Shown in pieces: positions 9,364 to 19,199 of a stretch of DNA of 64,000 nucleotides (position 1 is the first letter of the stretch; each line of letters starts with the position of its first letter). Origin of the DNA: an uncultured Acidobacteriota bacterium. Lineage in GTDB: Bacteria > Actinomycetota > Acidimicrobiia > Spongiisociales > ZC4RG35. The stretch spans positions 85,569 through 149,568 of the forward strand of contig CAWHEU010000024.1 of the NCBI GenBank assembly GCA_963828465.1. The letters are read 5' to 3'. Position numbers and translations under genes: made by a program. The notes beneath the pieces were generated by a model. The model made no database searches, was not told where the DNA came from, and saw only the letters and a list, made by a program, of their open reading frames with translations.

Positions 9364-11574
9364 ATGGCCCTGACCGAGGAGCGGCAAGAGCAGTCCGCAC
9401 CTGAGAAGCGACGCCCCGACGCATCGCAGGTCCTCGAGGGTCTCGGGATCCTCCTCGCGCTGGGGACTCTTGCACTCGGCATCCTGGGGACCATTCCCGA
9501 GCATCCGGACTTCGAAGTGGGTCGCGAGGTGTTCGGAAACATCCCCGTTGCCCTCCAAGTGGTCTTCTACGTGTCTGTGGCCGGTTTCGTCTGGCTCATG
9601 CTCCATCTCTTCGCCCGCAGGGCCAAGGGCTGGTCGCTGGGGGCGGCGGAACGCCGCACCGGGCTTTGGGGAGAGCGGATAAAGCGTCTCGGTGGCGGGC
9701 TCATGATGAAGACGCTCATGCGCGACCCCCGGGCCGGGATCACCCACGCCGCTCTGTACTACGGGTTCCTGGTCCTGTTCCTGGGCACCGTGACCCTCGA
9801 GATCGATCACATCCTTCCCTCGAACCTGAAGTTCCTCCACGGCGTCGTCTATCAGGCATACTCGGCCGTTCTCGACCTCGCCTCGCTGATCTTTCTCGGC
9901 GGGGTGGCGTTGTTCGCGCTCAACCGGTATCTGGTGAGACCGGGCCGGATCAGGACCAAGACGCGGCCCGAAGATGCACTGATCCTCCTCTTGCTCGCCG
10001 CGATCGGGCTCACTGGCCTCCTCACCGAGTCGGCTCGGATCGCCCTCGCCGGCCGGCCCGACTTCGAGGTGTGGTCCTTCGTCGGGTACCCGTTGTCGGC
10101 CCTCTTCGGTGAGGGTTCGGCGGCCGGTCTTCACCAGGCGCTCTGGATCGTCCACGTCGCAGCTTTCGTCGGGTTCCTCGTCGTAGTCCCCGTCACCAAG
10201 CTGCGTCACATGTTCACGTCCCCAGCCAACATGTTTCTATCCCCCCGGCCCCGTCCCAAGGGGGCGATGCGGGAGATGCCCAACCTGCTCGAGGCCGAGG
10301 ACATCGAGACCATCGGTGCCTCGGTGGTGACCGATCTCACCTGGAAGCAGATCTTCGATACGGACGCCTGCACCATTTGCGGCCGCTGCACGTCGGTATG
10401 CCCGGCCAACATCACAGGGAAGCCCCTCGACCCACGGGAGATGGTGATCAAGACGGGTGAGGTCGCGGCATCGGTAGCGGCGGTCTCTCCGCCGGTCTCA
10501 TCGTTGGCGGTGCTCGACGGAGAAGGGCACCTCTTCGACCGGGTTCAGCCCGACGAGGTTTTCGCCTGCGTGGCATGCCGCGCATGCGACGAGATCTGCC
10601 CGGTCAACATCGAGATCCTCGACCGGATCCTCGACATGCGCCGGTACCTGACTCTGATGGAATCGGAGTTCCCCAGCGAGCTGGGCCGGGCCTTCGTGTC
10701 CATGGAGAATCAGGCCAACCCCTGGGGTCTGAGCCGCCAGGCTCGAGCCGACTGGACGAAGGAGCTCGACTTCGAAGTTCCGGTCTTCGGTGAAAACGGC
10801 AAGGACACCGCCGACTACCTGTGGTTCGTCGGGTGTGCGGGGTCGTACGACGATCGCAACACCGCGGTATCCGTTTCGCTGGCGCGCCTCCTCCACCGGG
10901 CCGGCATCGACTTCGCCATCCTCGGAGCACGGGAAGCGTGCACCGGTGACCCGGCTCGCCGTGCCGGCAACGAGCTCGTCTACCAGCAGCTGGCGCTCGA
11001 GAACATCGCCACCTTCGAGGAGGTCGGGGTCACCAGGGTGATCACCCAGTGCGCTCACTGCTTCAACGCGATCTCCAACGAGTATCCCCAGCTCGGGGGC
11101 AGCTACGAGGTGGTTCATCACAGCCAGCTGTTGGCTGAGCTGTTGACCCAGGGCCGGCTCGAGGCCCCGGTGCAATCCGACGGGGCCGCCAAGAAGATCG
11201 CCTATCACGACCCCTGTTATCTCGGCAGGCACAACGACATCTATCTCGCCCCGAGGGAGGTGGCCGGCTCGGGATCGATGGAGCTGGTTGAGATGCCCCG
11301 TCACGGCACAAGGGCGCTGTGTTGCGGTGCCGGAGGCGCGCGGTTCTGGATGGAGGAGCAGACCGGGAAGAAGATCAACATCGAGCGGGCCGAGGAGGCG
11401 CTGGCCACCGGTGCCGACGAGATCGCAGTTGCCTGCCCGTTCTGCTTCGTGATGCTCGATGACGGGGTCAAGGAACTGGGCCGGGACGACGTACGGGTCC
11501 GGGACCTCGCGATGATCCTCGCCGACGGTCTCACGGAGAGCGCCGCTGAAGGTCAGACCGTCGGGAGCGAGTGA
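9364..11574 (+). CDS. Membrane-bound Fe-S oxidoreductase (FadF-like: TM domain, 2x4Fe-4S, CCG domains)
   Basis: CTICGRCTSVCP, CVACRACDEICP, CTGDPARRAGNE, YHDPCYLGRHN, CCGAGG, ACPFC. Confidence 0.88.
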   Translation: MALTEERQEQSAPEKRRPDASQVLEGLGILLALGTLALGILGTIPEHPDFEVGREVFGNIPVALQVVFYVSVAGFVWLMLHLFARRAKGWSLGAAERRTGLWGERIKRLGGGLMMKTLMRDPRAGITHAALYYGFLVLFLGTVTLEIDHILPSNLKFLHGVVYQAYSAVLDLASLIFLGGVALFALNRYLVRPGRIRTKTRPEDALILLLLAAIGLTGLLTESARIALAGRPDFEVWSFVGYPLSALFGEGSAAGLHQALWIVHVAAFVGFLVVVPVTKLRHMFTSPANMFLSPRPRPKGAMREMPNLLEAEDIETIGASVVTDLTWKQIFDTDACTICGRCTSVCPANITGKPLDPREMVIKTGEVAASVAAVSPPVSSLAVLDGEGHLFDRVQPDEVFACVACRACDEICPVNIEILDRILDMRRYLTLMESEFPSELGRAFVSMENQANPWGLSRQARADWTKELDFEVPVFGENGKDTADYLWFVGCAGSYDDRNTAVSVSLARLLHRAGIDFAILGAREACTGDPARRAGNELVYQQLALENIATFEEVGVTRVITQCAHCFNAISNEYPQLGGSYEVVHHSQLLAELLTQGRLEAPVQSDGAAKKIAYHDPCYLGRHNDIYLAPREVAGSGSMELVEMPRHGTRALCCGAGGARFWMEEQTGKKINIERAEEALATGADEIAVACPFCFVMLDDGVKELGRDDVRVRDLAMILADGLTESAAEGQTVGSE

Positions 11575-12131
11575 TCCGACGGTCGGTCCTCACCCTGCTG
11601 CTGGTCGTGCTCCTGGCCGGGTGCACCGCAGATCCCGATGCGCCGTCGGCCACCGATGCACCGGCGACGACTACGACGACCCCACCAACGACGACCACGA
11701 CGGTTCTGTCCAACGTGGCTGTGGAGGCGTTTCGCACTTGTCTCGCTGACAGGGGGATCGAGATCGAAGAGATCCCATTGGACGCCACCGGCCACCCCCG
11801 CCTCGACTGGGTGATGGCCACATTGGACTTCGGCGACCCGGCCACGGCCGAGACAGTCTCGCTCTGCTCTGAGCACCTCGAGACAGGAGCGCTGGACTTG
11901 GGAGACGACGATGTCCTCCGTCAGGCCATCCTCGAGCAGCTTCAGGAGTTCAGCCAATGCATGGTCGATCTCGGAGTCGAGGATTTCCCCGACCCGGTGC
12001 CCGGCTTCACCGGCATCGGTTCCCCGTTCCCGATCGCCGAGATCCCATACTCCGATCCCGGCTTCTCCGTCGCAGTGACAGCATGCCGGGAGGCACTCCT
12101 CGAGGCGTTGGCCGGCCCTGCTGAGGAGTGA
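11571..12131 (+). CDS. Hypothetical lipoprotein (Thr-rich linker, paired Cys repeats)
   Basis: Lipobox LAGC; FRTCL and FSQCM..FPDP repeats. Confidence 0.75.
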   Translation: MIRRSVLTLLLVVLLAGCTADPDAPSATDAPATTTTTPPTTTTTVLSNVAVEAFRTCLADRGIEIEEIPLDATGHPRLDWVMATLDFGDPATAETVSLCSEHLETGALDLGDDDVLRQAILEQLQEFSQCMVDLGVEDFPDPVPGFTGIGSPFPIAEIPYSDPGFSVAVTACREALLEALAGPAEE

Positions 12132-12449
12132 ATGGCCGGAGATTCGGCCTACGATCGCGCCCAGGTGATCTCCCATCCAGCACCCGTCATTCACCCTGAT
12201 ACCCGTGAGGACCAGGACATCGACCGGCCCTGGCAGGTCATCGTGTGGAACGATCCGGTGAACACAATGTCCTACGTCGTCTATGTGCTGCGCAAGCTCT
12301 TCGGGTACGACGAGCCCAAGGCGACGGTGCTCATGCTCCAGGTTCATCACGAGGGGCGGGCCACGGTGTCCGATGGTCCCCGGGAGAAGGCGGAGGTCGA
12401 CTGCTACCGGCTTCATGGTCACGGACTTTGGGCCACGATGGAGCATTGA
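12132..12449 (+). CDS. clpS: ATP-dependent Clp protease adaptor ClpS
   Basis: [33 protein letters not shown]. Confidence 0.93.
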   Translation: MAGDSAYDRAQVISHPAPVIHPDTREDQDIDRPWQVIVWNDPVNTMSYVVYVLRKLFGYDEPKATVLMLQVHHEGRATVSDGPREKAEVDCYRLHGHGLWATMEH

Positions 12450-12907
12450 TGGAGCGCCGGTTCAAGTCGACCCGGGGTGGGATCGATGTCGATCTCACGG
12501 ACGATGAGAAGGTCTTCCTGACGGGGCTACTCGATCTCCTCGCCGGCATCCCGGCGGCGGCCGACGAGCCTGCTTCACGACGCCTCCGTGTGCCCGTCTA
12601 TCTCGACGACCCCGAGTCGAACGAAGAGTGGTGGCGGCTGATGGAGGGCGAGCTGAACGCAGCACGCAATGCGGATCGCAGGGTGTTCCAGCATGTCCTC
12701 GACGAGGGGGGTCGGCGCCACCTGAGCAACGAGGAGGCCGACGCTTTTCTCAGAGTGCTCAACGAGGGCAGGCTCGCGCTGGGCGCCCGGTTCGGCCTCG
12801 ACGTGGAGGAGGACCACGATCAACTACCCGAGGAGCAGCGGGACATCATGGACTATCTGGGTTGGCTGCTCGAGGACCTCACCTCGGAATTGAGCCGATC
12901 GCTGTGA
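12449..12907 (+). CDS. DUF2017 family protein
   Basis: Overlaps the clpS stop; RVLNEGRLALGARFGL and YLGWLLEDL; typical actinobacterial clpS neighbour. Confidence 0.8.
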   Translation: MERRFKSTRGGIDVDLTDDEKVFLTGLLDLLAGIPAAADEPASRRLRVPVYLDDPESNEEWWRLMEGELNAARNADRRVFQHVLDEGGRRHLSNEEADAFLRVLNEGRLALGARFGLDVEEDHDQLPEEQRDIMDYLGWLLEDLTSELSRSL

Positions 12908-13007
12908 GCCCGGTGTCACCGGGACGCATCAACCGGGCGGTGGAGTAGGTTCGATGGCTCGCCGTCAGCCGGGGCATCGGGAGGTCCCGAGAGGCGGGAG
13001 GTGACCG

Positions 13008-14117
13008 TTGCTTGCAGACCCGATAGCCGAGTTGAGAAGCCCCTCCGGCTCGCTCATCTCGGTGTACCTGGGTCGACCCAGCCCCGGCGGGATGACGGCT
13101 CTACTGACCGATCTGCTGCGGCCGGTGCGGGAGGCGGCAGAGTCCAAGGAACGGTCGGTTCAGAAGTCCGTTCGCGCAGACGCCGAGCGCATCCATGATC
13201 ATGCCGAGCAGCTAGAGGTGGATGCTGCCCCGGCCTACGCCATTTTCGCCTCTGATCTGGACGGCCTCTTCACGGTCGAGTCACTCGGTCACAAGGTGCC
13301 CAATGTCTCCTCACTCGGCCCCCGCCCTTATCTGCGACCCCTGAGGGCCGCTCCCAAAGCGCTTCGGGCCGGGGTCATCGTGGCCGACCGCTCCCAGGCT
13401 CGGGTCTTCGTCGTCTCCGGCCAGCTCATAGACGAGGTGGGTCCCCCCCTCATCGCCGACATCGGGAAGCACAATTACGGCGGGTTCTCGGGATACGAGG
13501 AACATGGCGTGAGGCTCAGGGCCGATGAGGTGTCCACCAGGATGTGGCGGGAGGCCGGGGCCATCCTCCTCGAGAAGCACCAGGAACGGCCATTCGACTA
13601 CCTGGCGATCGGAGGGCATGGTGAGATCGTCGAGGAGATCGGCAGGAATCTCCACCCCTATCTCGATCGGGTCGACCGGGCCACGTTCCACGCCGGACCG
13701 CAGTCGCTTTCGTTCCCGGCTCTACGGGTCGAGCTGGCGTCACGTGCCGACGAGGTGAGCCGACGAAGAGAGTCGGCGCTGGCCGACCGAGTGTGCGATA
13801 CGGCCCGGAGCGATGGCCTGGGCGTGCTCGGCCTGACACCGGTTCTAACGGCTTCCAACTCCCAAGCCATCGACACGCTCGTGGTGGCTGGTGAATTCGG
13901 CCGCCCTGGCTCCATCTGCAACTCCTGCGGATTCCTGGCACGGTCCGGAAATCGCTGCCCGGTGTGCGGATCGACCATGTTCCAGGTAGACGACATCGTC
14001 GCGGCGGCCATGGAGGCGACGGTGGCGGCTGGTGGGCGAACCCATCAGATAGTGGTCTCTTCGCCGCTCGACGCCCACGGCATCGGGGCACTCACCCGCT
14101 TTCCTCAACACCCCTGA
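13008..14117 (+). CDS. Bacterial eRF1/aRF1-like (baeRF) protein with C-terminal zinc ribbon
   Basis: GGAGGT RBS; ISVYL, PYLRPL, ADRSQARVF, CNSCG..CPVCG, GIGALTRF. Confidence 0.72.
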   Translation: MLADPIAELRSPSGSLISVYLGRPSPGGMTALLTDLLRPVREAAESKERSVQKSVRADAERIHDHAEQLEVDAAPAYAIFASDLDGLFTVESLGHKVPNVSSLGPRPYLRPLRAAPKALRAGVIVADRSQARVFVVSGQLIDEVGPPLIADIGKHNYGGFSGYEEHGVRLRADEVSTRMWREAGAILLEKHQERPFDYLAIGGHGEIVEEIGRNLHPYLDRVDRATFHAGPQSLSFPALRVELASRADEVSRRRESALADRVCDTARSDGLGVLGLTPVLTASNSQAIDTLVVAGEFGRPGSICNSCGFLARSGNRCPVCGSTMFQVDDIVAAAMEATVAAGGRTHQIVVSSPLDAHGIGALTRFPQHP

Positions 14118-14150
14118 GGAGAGGTCTATGGGACCGGTACTCTTGGGCGC

Positions 14151-14459
14151 ATGCGAGAGACGCTGGATCAGCGGCAGCACTGGGTAGACCAGGGAAAGAA
14201 GGTGGCGAAGGCCACAGTCGTCAAGGCCTACGGGTCGGCGCCCAGAGGCCCGGGTTCGCTCATGCTGGTTTCCTCCGAAGGGGAGATGGAAGGATCGGTA
14301 TCCGGGGGCTGTGTCGAGAACGACGTCGTGGTCCGGGCAATGTCGGTCCTCGAGAAAGGCGAGCCAGAGCTGGTCACATACGGCATTGCCGACGATGACG
14401 CCTTTGCGGTGGGTCTCGCCTGCGGCGGGACCATCCAGGTCTACATCGAACCGTGGTGA
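14151..14459 (+). CDS. XdhC/CoxI family protein, N-terminal part
   Basis: [26 protein letters not shown]. Confidence 0.88.
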   Translation: MRETLDQRQHWVDQGKKVAKATVVKAYGSAPRGPGSLMLVSSEGEMEGSVSGGCVENDVVVRAMSVLEKGEPELVTYGIADDDAFAVGLACGGTIQVYIEPW

Positions 14460-15211
14460 CGTCACCAGTACTCGAAGCCACCCGAAGCCTGATCGATGAG
14501 GATGCCTTCGGGATGGTGATCACGGTGATCGCCGGACCCGAGGCCGGGTCGAAAATCGTGCTCGACCACTCCGGCGTAGTGATTGCGGGATCACTTCCCG
14601 AACGACTGGTCGCCCCGGCTCGGGCTGACGCTTTGACCCTCATGTTGCGGGAGACCAGCACCACTCTGGCGTACGAGGAGGATGAGCTGTTCTACGAGGT
14701 GATCGCCCCGCGCCCTCGACTCTTCGTCTTCGGGGCAGTCCACATCGCCCAAGAGCTCGTGCAGCACGCCGGCTTGCTCGGCTTTCACACTGTCGTAGCC
14801 GACCCCCGGCCCGCCTTCGTCACGAAGGAACGATTCCCTGAGGCCGACGAGCTGAGGGTGGGGTGGCCAGACGACGTTGTCGACAGCACCGCCTTCGATG
14901 CCCGCACCTTCGTCGTGGTCCTCACCCATGACCGACGGTTCGAGGATCCGCTGTGGCCGCTTCTCCTCCCCACGGATGTGCGCTACATCGGGGCGATGGG
15001 GTCGTCCAAGACATCTGCCGCCCGTCGCCAACGTCTGCTCGACTCGGGCTTCACCGCCGAGCAGGTGGACCGTATCCATGGCCCGATCGGACTCGATATC
15101 GGCTCCCGGGCTGCCGGGGAGGTCGCAATCGCGATCCTGGGCGAAATGATCGCGGCCCGTTACCTGCACGATCGCGAGCCGCAGCTCGAAGGTCGCCCGG
15201 TGCGGCTCTGA
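14456..15211 (+). CDS. XdhC family protein, C-terminal (Rossmann) part
   Basis: [29 protein letters not shown]; GTGA overlap with the upstream ORF. Confidence 0.88.
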   Translation: MTSPVLEATRSLIDEDAFGMVITVIAGPEAGSKIVLDHSGVVIAGSLPERLVAPARADALTLMLRETSTTLAYEEDELFYEVIAPRPRLFVFGAVHIAQELVQHAGLLGFHTVVADPRPAFVTKERFPEADELRVGWPDDVVDSTAFDARTFVVVLTHDRRFEDPLWPLLLPTDVRYIGAMGSSKTSAARRQRLLDSGFTAEQVDRIHGPIGLDIGSRAAGEVAIAILGEMIAARYLHDREPQLEGRPVRL

Positions 15212-15813
15212 TGACAACTGCTGCGGTCGTCCTAGCCGCCGGCGCTTCGCGTCGTCTGGGCCGATCGAAGCAGCTCGAGCCCTGGGGAGACTCCAACCTC
15301 CTATCCAATGTCGTGGCGCGGACACGGGCCTTTCCCGTCGACGAGGTATGGGTCGTCCTCGGCCACGACTACGAGCGGATACTCGAAGAGACCGAGTTCG
15401 GCGATGCGGGCGTCATCGAGAACCCGGAATGGTCCGAGGGCATCGCCTCGTCGATACGGGTTGCCCTCGACGCATTGACACGGCTTTCCCGGGTCGACAA
15501 GGCCTTGATCGTCATGGGTGATCAGCCTTCGGTCCCGGTGGGGGTAGTCGAGGCGTTGATGGACTCGCATGCACGTTCCGACCATCAGGTGAGTGTCCCC
15601 AAATACCGATACTCCTGGGGCAACCCGGTGCTGGTGGAGCGCGCCTTGTGGCCGCGCCTCATGTCTCTCGAGGGAGACGAGGGAGCGCAGCGCCTGTGGC
15701 AGGCGCACCCGGATTGGGTCAACGAGGTGTGGTTCTCCGACCTCGCTCCCCGAGACGTGGACACCGAGACCGACATCGTGGAGTTACGACCCAAGCACCC
15801 GGGTTCTGTATGA
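15211..15813 (+). CDS. Molybdenum cofactor nucleotidyltransferase (MocA-like)
   Basis: VLAAGASRRLGRSKQL, NPEWSEGIASS, GDQP, GNPV, GDEGA, DVDT. Confidence 0.85.
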   Translation: MTTAAVVLAAGASRRLGRSKQLEPWGDSNLLSNVVARTRAFPVDEVWVVLGHDYERILEETEFGDAGVIENPEWSEGIASSIRVALDALTRLSRVDKALIVMGDQPSVPVGVVEALMDSHARSDHQVSVPKYRYSWGNPVLVERALWPRLMSLEGDEGAQRLWQAHPDWVNEVWFSDLAPRDVDTETDIVELRPKHPGSV

Positions 15814-15865
15814 GTTGATCGGTCTAAAGTCGCGCTGTCTGGTTTCTGTTGCGCTGAAGGGACTC

Positions 15866-16267
15866 ATGGCTCGGATCGATCAGGTGGCTGGCATCGCCCA
15901 CAAGGACGCCACCAAGCTGCGAAAGGCCGGGGTTCGGACGAGCAAAGGCCTCATCGAGGTTGCCGCGGATCGAAAGGGGAGGGTCGAACTGGCGGCTGCG
16001 ACCGGCATCGACGCGAGAAATCTCCAGCTATGGGTCAATCACGCCGATCTGCTCAGGGTCCAGGGGGTCGGCGCCGAGTACGCCGAGCTCCTCACCGCGG
16101 CCGGTGTGGATACCCTGCGTGATCTAAGGCGTCGCAACCCCACCGCGCTCCTGGCCAAGATCATCGGTCTCAACGGCAGCAGCCGGGTGGTGCGACGGCT
16201 CCCCACCGAATCCATGGTCGAGGTCTGGATCGAGATAGCCAAGGAGTTGGAGCCGAGTTCCGGCTGA
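15866..16267 (+). CDS. DUF4332 domain protein
   Basis: WVNHADLLRVQGVGAEYAELL..AGVDT..RRNP..RRLP. Confidence 0.82.
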   Translation: MARIDQVAGIAHKDATKLRKAGVRTSKGLIEVAADRKGRVELAAATGIDARNLQLWVNHADLLRVQGVGAEYAELLTAAGVDTLRDLRRRNPTALLAKIIGLNGSSRVVRRLPTESMVEVWIEIAKELEPSSG

Positions 16268-16296
16268 CTCACCACTCAGAACTCACAACCCATAAC

Positions 16297-16326
16297 GAAG
16301 AAGGGGCCCCGAGGGGCCCCTTCTTC
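16297..16326. terminator. Bidirectional intrinsic terminator-like hairpin
   Basis: GAAGAAGGGGCCC-CGAG-GGGCCCCTTCTTC, a perfect inverted repeat between convergent genes. Confidence 0.8.
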
Positions 16327-16345
16327 TCGTTGAGGAGGAGTGAGC

Positions 16346-16819
16346 TCAGGAAACCTTGTCGGCGGGAGCCGAATTGGTCTTCGCAGAGCTCGTCTTCGCT
16401 GCGGTCGACGTGGTGGTCTTGGCAGCAGAAGCCTTGGGGGTGGTGTCGGCCTTGACTGCAGGCTTCTTGGCAGGAGCCTTGGCCGGTGCCTCCGTCTCGG
16501 TCGCCTTCTCGGGCCGGAATGAGGTACGCCAGGTGGCCAGCATGTCCTCGAGCTGGTCGCGCAGCTTGCTCACCTGCTCCTTGGCCTGGTCGAGGTCGAC
16601 CTTCGAGGAGATCTCCTCGACGACCTTGCCATCGGTGATCCGGCCCACGACCTTCTCACCCTCGACGGCCCAGCCATCGATCGTCTTCTCGGCGACCTGG
16701 CCGTACTCGGTCGCGCCCTCGGTCAGCTTCGACTTGACCTCGCCTGCTTTGGCGCCGACCTTGCGGGCGGCGACTACGGGTGCGCCGACGGCGGCATAAA
16801 GCACGTTCTTTGTGTTCAT
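16346..16819 (-). CDS. HBHA/phasin-like protein with Lys/Ala/Pro/Thr-rich tail
   Basis: N-terminal LYAAVGA, amphipathic helical core, tail APAKAPAKKPAVK; coupled to an XRE regulator. Confidence 0.6.
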   Translation of the reverse strand: MNTKNVLYAAVGAPVVAARKVGAKAGEVKSKLTEGATEYGQVAEKTIDGWAVEGEKVVGRITDGKVVEEISSKVDLDQAKEQVSKLRDQLEDMLATWRTSFRPEKATETEAPAKAPAKKPAVKADTTPKASAAKTTTSTAAKTSSAKTNSAPADKVS

Positions 16820-17190
16820 TGTCTCTCCTGTTCGGTGTGTTGTCTTACTGACCCATTCGAATGGATCAACGCTCGGTACATGTCGAGAAGCAGTTTCTTC
16901 TCATTGGCGCTCAGCAGATTGTCTGCGTCGATCGCCTCGTTGATCGTCGGTGACTCCAACTCCTCGTCGATGAGGCCGGCTCTGGAGTAGAGCGTGTTCG
17001 CCGAGATCTCGAGGGCGCGTGACAGACGGCTCAGGATCTCAGCCGAAGGCTTGCGGATCCCGCGCTCTATCTGTGACAGGTAGGGGTTGGAGATCCCGGC
17101 CCGCTCCGCCAGACGACGAAGTGAGAGATTGGCTCTCTCCCTCTGCTGATGGATGAACTCGCCGAGGTCGTTCTGCTTGCTCTCGTTCAC
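16816..17190 (-). CDS. XRE-family HTH regulator (Rv0474-like)
   Basis: LGEFI..SLRRLAERAGISNPYLSQIERGIRKPSAEIL. Confidence 0.9.
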   Translation of the reverse strand: MNESKQNDLGEFIHQQRERANLSLRRLAERAGISNPYLSQIERGIRKPSAEILSRLSRALEISANTLYSRAGLIDEELESPTINEAIDADNLLSANEKKLLLDMYRALIHSNGSVRQHTEQERQ

Positions 17191-17198
17191 TACGTGTA

Positions 17199-17235
17199 AG
17201 CGTACAGCAAGCTGCTAACTATTGCAAGCACTTGC
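17199..17235 (-). promoter_or_regulatory. Sigma70-type promoter with overlapping palindrome
   Basis: Minus strand TTGCAA-N17-TACGCT, 8 nt before GTG; GCAAG-ca-CTTGC palindrome at 17224-17235 overlaps the -35. Confidence 0.6.
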
Positions 17236-17249
17236 TAGCGGGCGCCGCT

Positions 17250-17981
17250 CTAGACCAACGCGGTGCCGACTGCACTCCCGATCAGCCAGGCGACCACGCC
17301 GCCGATCCCGGCGATGGCCATGTTTTCGAAACCCGAGGTCAGCCAGTTGTGCTTTGCCACCCTCGCCTTGACCACCCCGACGATGAAGAGGCCGGTGAGG
17401 GCGAGAACCGTCGCCCAGGCCAGCGCCACGTTGGCCGCGTCGAAGACGAAGAAAGGAATGACGACGGGCAGAGATCCCACGAGAAACAGGCCACCCGAGG
17501 CGAGCATGGCCCGATAGGGCGAGCGACGCTCCGATTCGACGAAGCCGAATTCGAGGGCCTTCATCGCGTTGAGGATGGCGTCGTCGGAGCGGTCGAAAGC
17601 GGCCACCACCATGTCGACGTCCTCCTCCCGTAGACCCATGTCACCGAACATCTCGGTTAGCTGGTCCAGCTCCTGCTGGCGATGGTCGCGGATGTGGACC
17701 TTCTCCAGCCGAAGTTCCGCCTCGAGCACCTGATCCTGTGACTTCGTGGCGAGATACTCACCGGCCGCCATCGAGACCGCCCCGGCCAAGGCCCCGGCGA
17801 GAGCGGTAAGAAGCACCTGTTCGGTGTCGAGCCCACCACCAACGACACCGACGACGAGGAGGAAGATCGAAACGAGACCGTCGTTTACCCCGAGGATGAT
17901 GTCCCGCCAGTACTGGCGGGTCTCGCCGATGTGGGGCTCGTAGGGTGTCTCCTCTCTACGAGCCTCTCGGTCGGTCGCCAC
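17250..17981 (-). CDS. VIT1/CCC1 family Fe/Mn transporter
   Basis: RDIILGVNDGLVS, AGAVSMAAGEYL. Confidence 0.9.
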   Translation of the reverse strand: MATDREARREETPYEPHIGETRQYWRDIILGVNDGLVSIFLLVVGVVGGGLDTEQVLLTALAGALAGAVSMAAGEYLATKSQDQVLEAELRLEKVHIRDHRQQELDQLTEMFGDMGLREEDVDMVVAAFDRSDDAILNAMKALEFGFVESERRSPYRAMLASGGLFLVGSLPVVIPFFVFDAANVALAWATVLALTGLFIVGVVKARVAKHNWLTSGFENMAIAGIGGVVAWLIGSAVGTALV

Positions 17982-18020
17982 GAATGGGATGGTACCAATC
18001 ACACGTTGGCCGCCTGCTGG

Positions 18021-19178
18021 TCAGACCCCCTCGGCCAGCCCGATCACGGCACCCAGACCGGCCCGTATCCCAAATCCGACCGTTGCCTCGTCCAACACGA
18101 ACCCGGGGGAGTGGAGATCATGGCCCTTCCCCGACGATCCGAGCCGGAGCAACGCCCCGGGCGCCACCGAGAGATAGTTGGCGAAGTCCTCGCCACCCAT
18201 CGATGGCTCGGTGGGGACCACCGTCTCCGAACCGAGAAGCTGGGAGATGCCGGAAGTGGCCGCCTGGACCACGGCATGGTCGTTCACGACCGGGGGGATC
18301 GCCTGGACATAGTCGAGGGTGTAGCCCGCTCCGGACCACGCCATGAGACTGCCGATCGCCTTGTCCATGAGGCCGGGGAGCACGTCCCACAGGCTGCGAT
18401 CCAACGTACGGGCCGTTCCCTGCAACTCGACACGGGTCGGGATCACGTTCGAGGTTGTGCCACCTTGGATCGACCCAAATGCAACGGTCAGCGTGCTTCG
18501 GGCGTCGACCGTTCGCCGCAGCACTCCGGGGAGCTCGTGCACCAGGCGGGCGGCATCGGCAATCAGGTCGACCGTCTGGTGGGGACGGGCGGTGTGTCCA
18601 CCAGGCCCCTCCAGAACGACGGTGAACTTGTCGGCGCTGGCGGTGATGGGCCCTACCCGGGTCCCCACACGGCCGGTCTCCAGCGACGGGTCCACATGAA
18701 AGGCCAGAATCCCCTTGAGACCGTCCACCAGCCCTTCCTCGACGAATTGGGACGCACCACCGGGGAACGCCTCCTCGGCGGGCTGGAACAGCAGTCTCAC
18801 CCCGACCGGCAGATCGAGCTGGCGGAGTGCAACGGCGATGCCGAAGGCAATGGCAGCGTGCCCGTCGTGCCCACAGGCATGCATCCACCCGGCGTTCTGC
18901 GAACGCGGTGCATTCCCCTCCGGCTCGTGGATGGGCAAGGCGTCGAGGTCGGCCCTGAAGCCGATACGGGGCTCGGGGCCGACGTCCATCCAGAGACCTG
19001 TCTGTGGTCGTCGGTCGTGATAGACGATCCCGTTCTCATCGAGTGAGGCGGCGATCAGGGCAGTTGTCCGGTGTTCTTCGTTGGCCGGCTCGGGGTGGCG
19101 ATGGAGGAGTCGGCGAAGCTCGACCGCTTGGGGGATGATGCCCTCCACCAGCGCCTCGAGCCGATCGGGGCTGATCAT
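18021..19178 (-). CDS. M20D family amidohydrolase
   Basis: LHRHPE, RADLDALP, MHACGHDGH, FQPAEE, GGEDF. Confidence 0.92.
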   Translation of the reverse strand: MISPDRLEALVEGIIPQAVELRRLLHRHPEPANEEHRTTALIAASLDENGIVYHDRRPQTGLWMDVGPEPRIGFRADLDALPIHEPEGNAPRSQNAGWMHACGHDGHAAIAFGIAVALRQLDLPVGVRLLFQPAEEAFPGGASQFVEEGLVDGLKGILAFHVDPSLETGRVGTRVGPITASADKFTVVLEGPGGHTARPHQTVDLIADAARLVHELPGVLRRTVDARSTLTVAFGSIQGGTTSNVIPTRVELQGTARTLDRSLWDVLPGLMDKAIGSLMAWSGAGYTLDYVQAIPPVVNDHAVVQAATSGISQLLGSETVVPTEPSMGGEDFANYLSVAPGALLRLGSSGKGHDLHSPGFVLDEATVGFGIRAGLGAVIGLAEGV

Positions 19179-19199
19179 CTGCTGAGGCTAACCCATCCC

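Noticed and set aside
12909-12923. CCCGGTGTCACCGGG palindrome after DUF2017
   Set aside because: Short and GC-rich with no U-tract; not enough support for a terminator or operator
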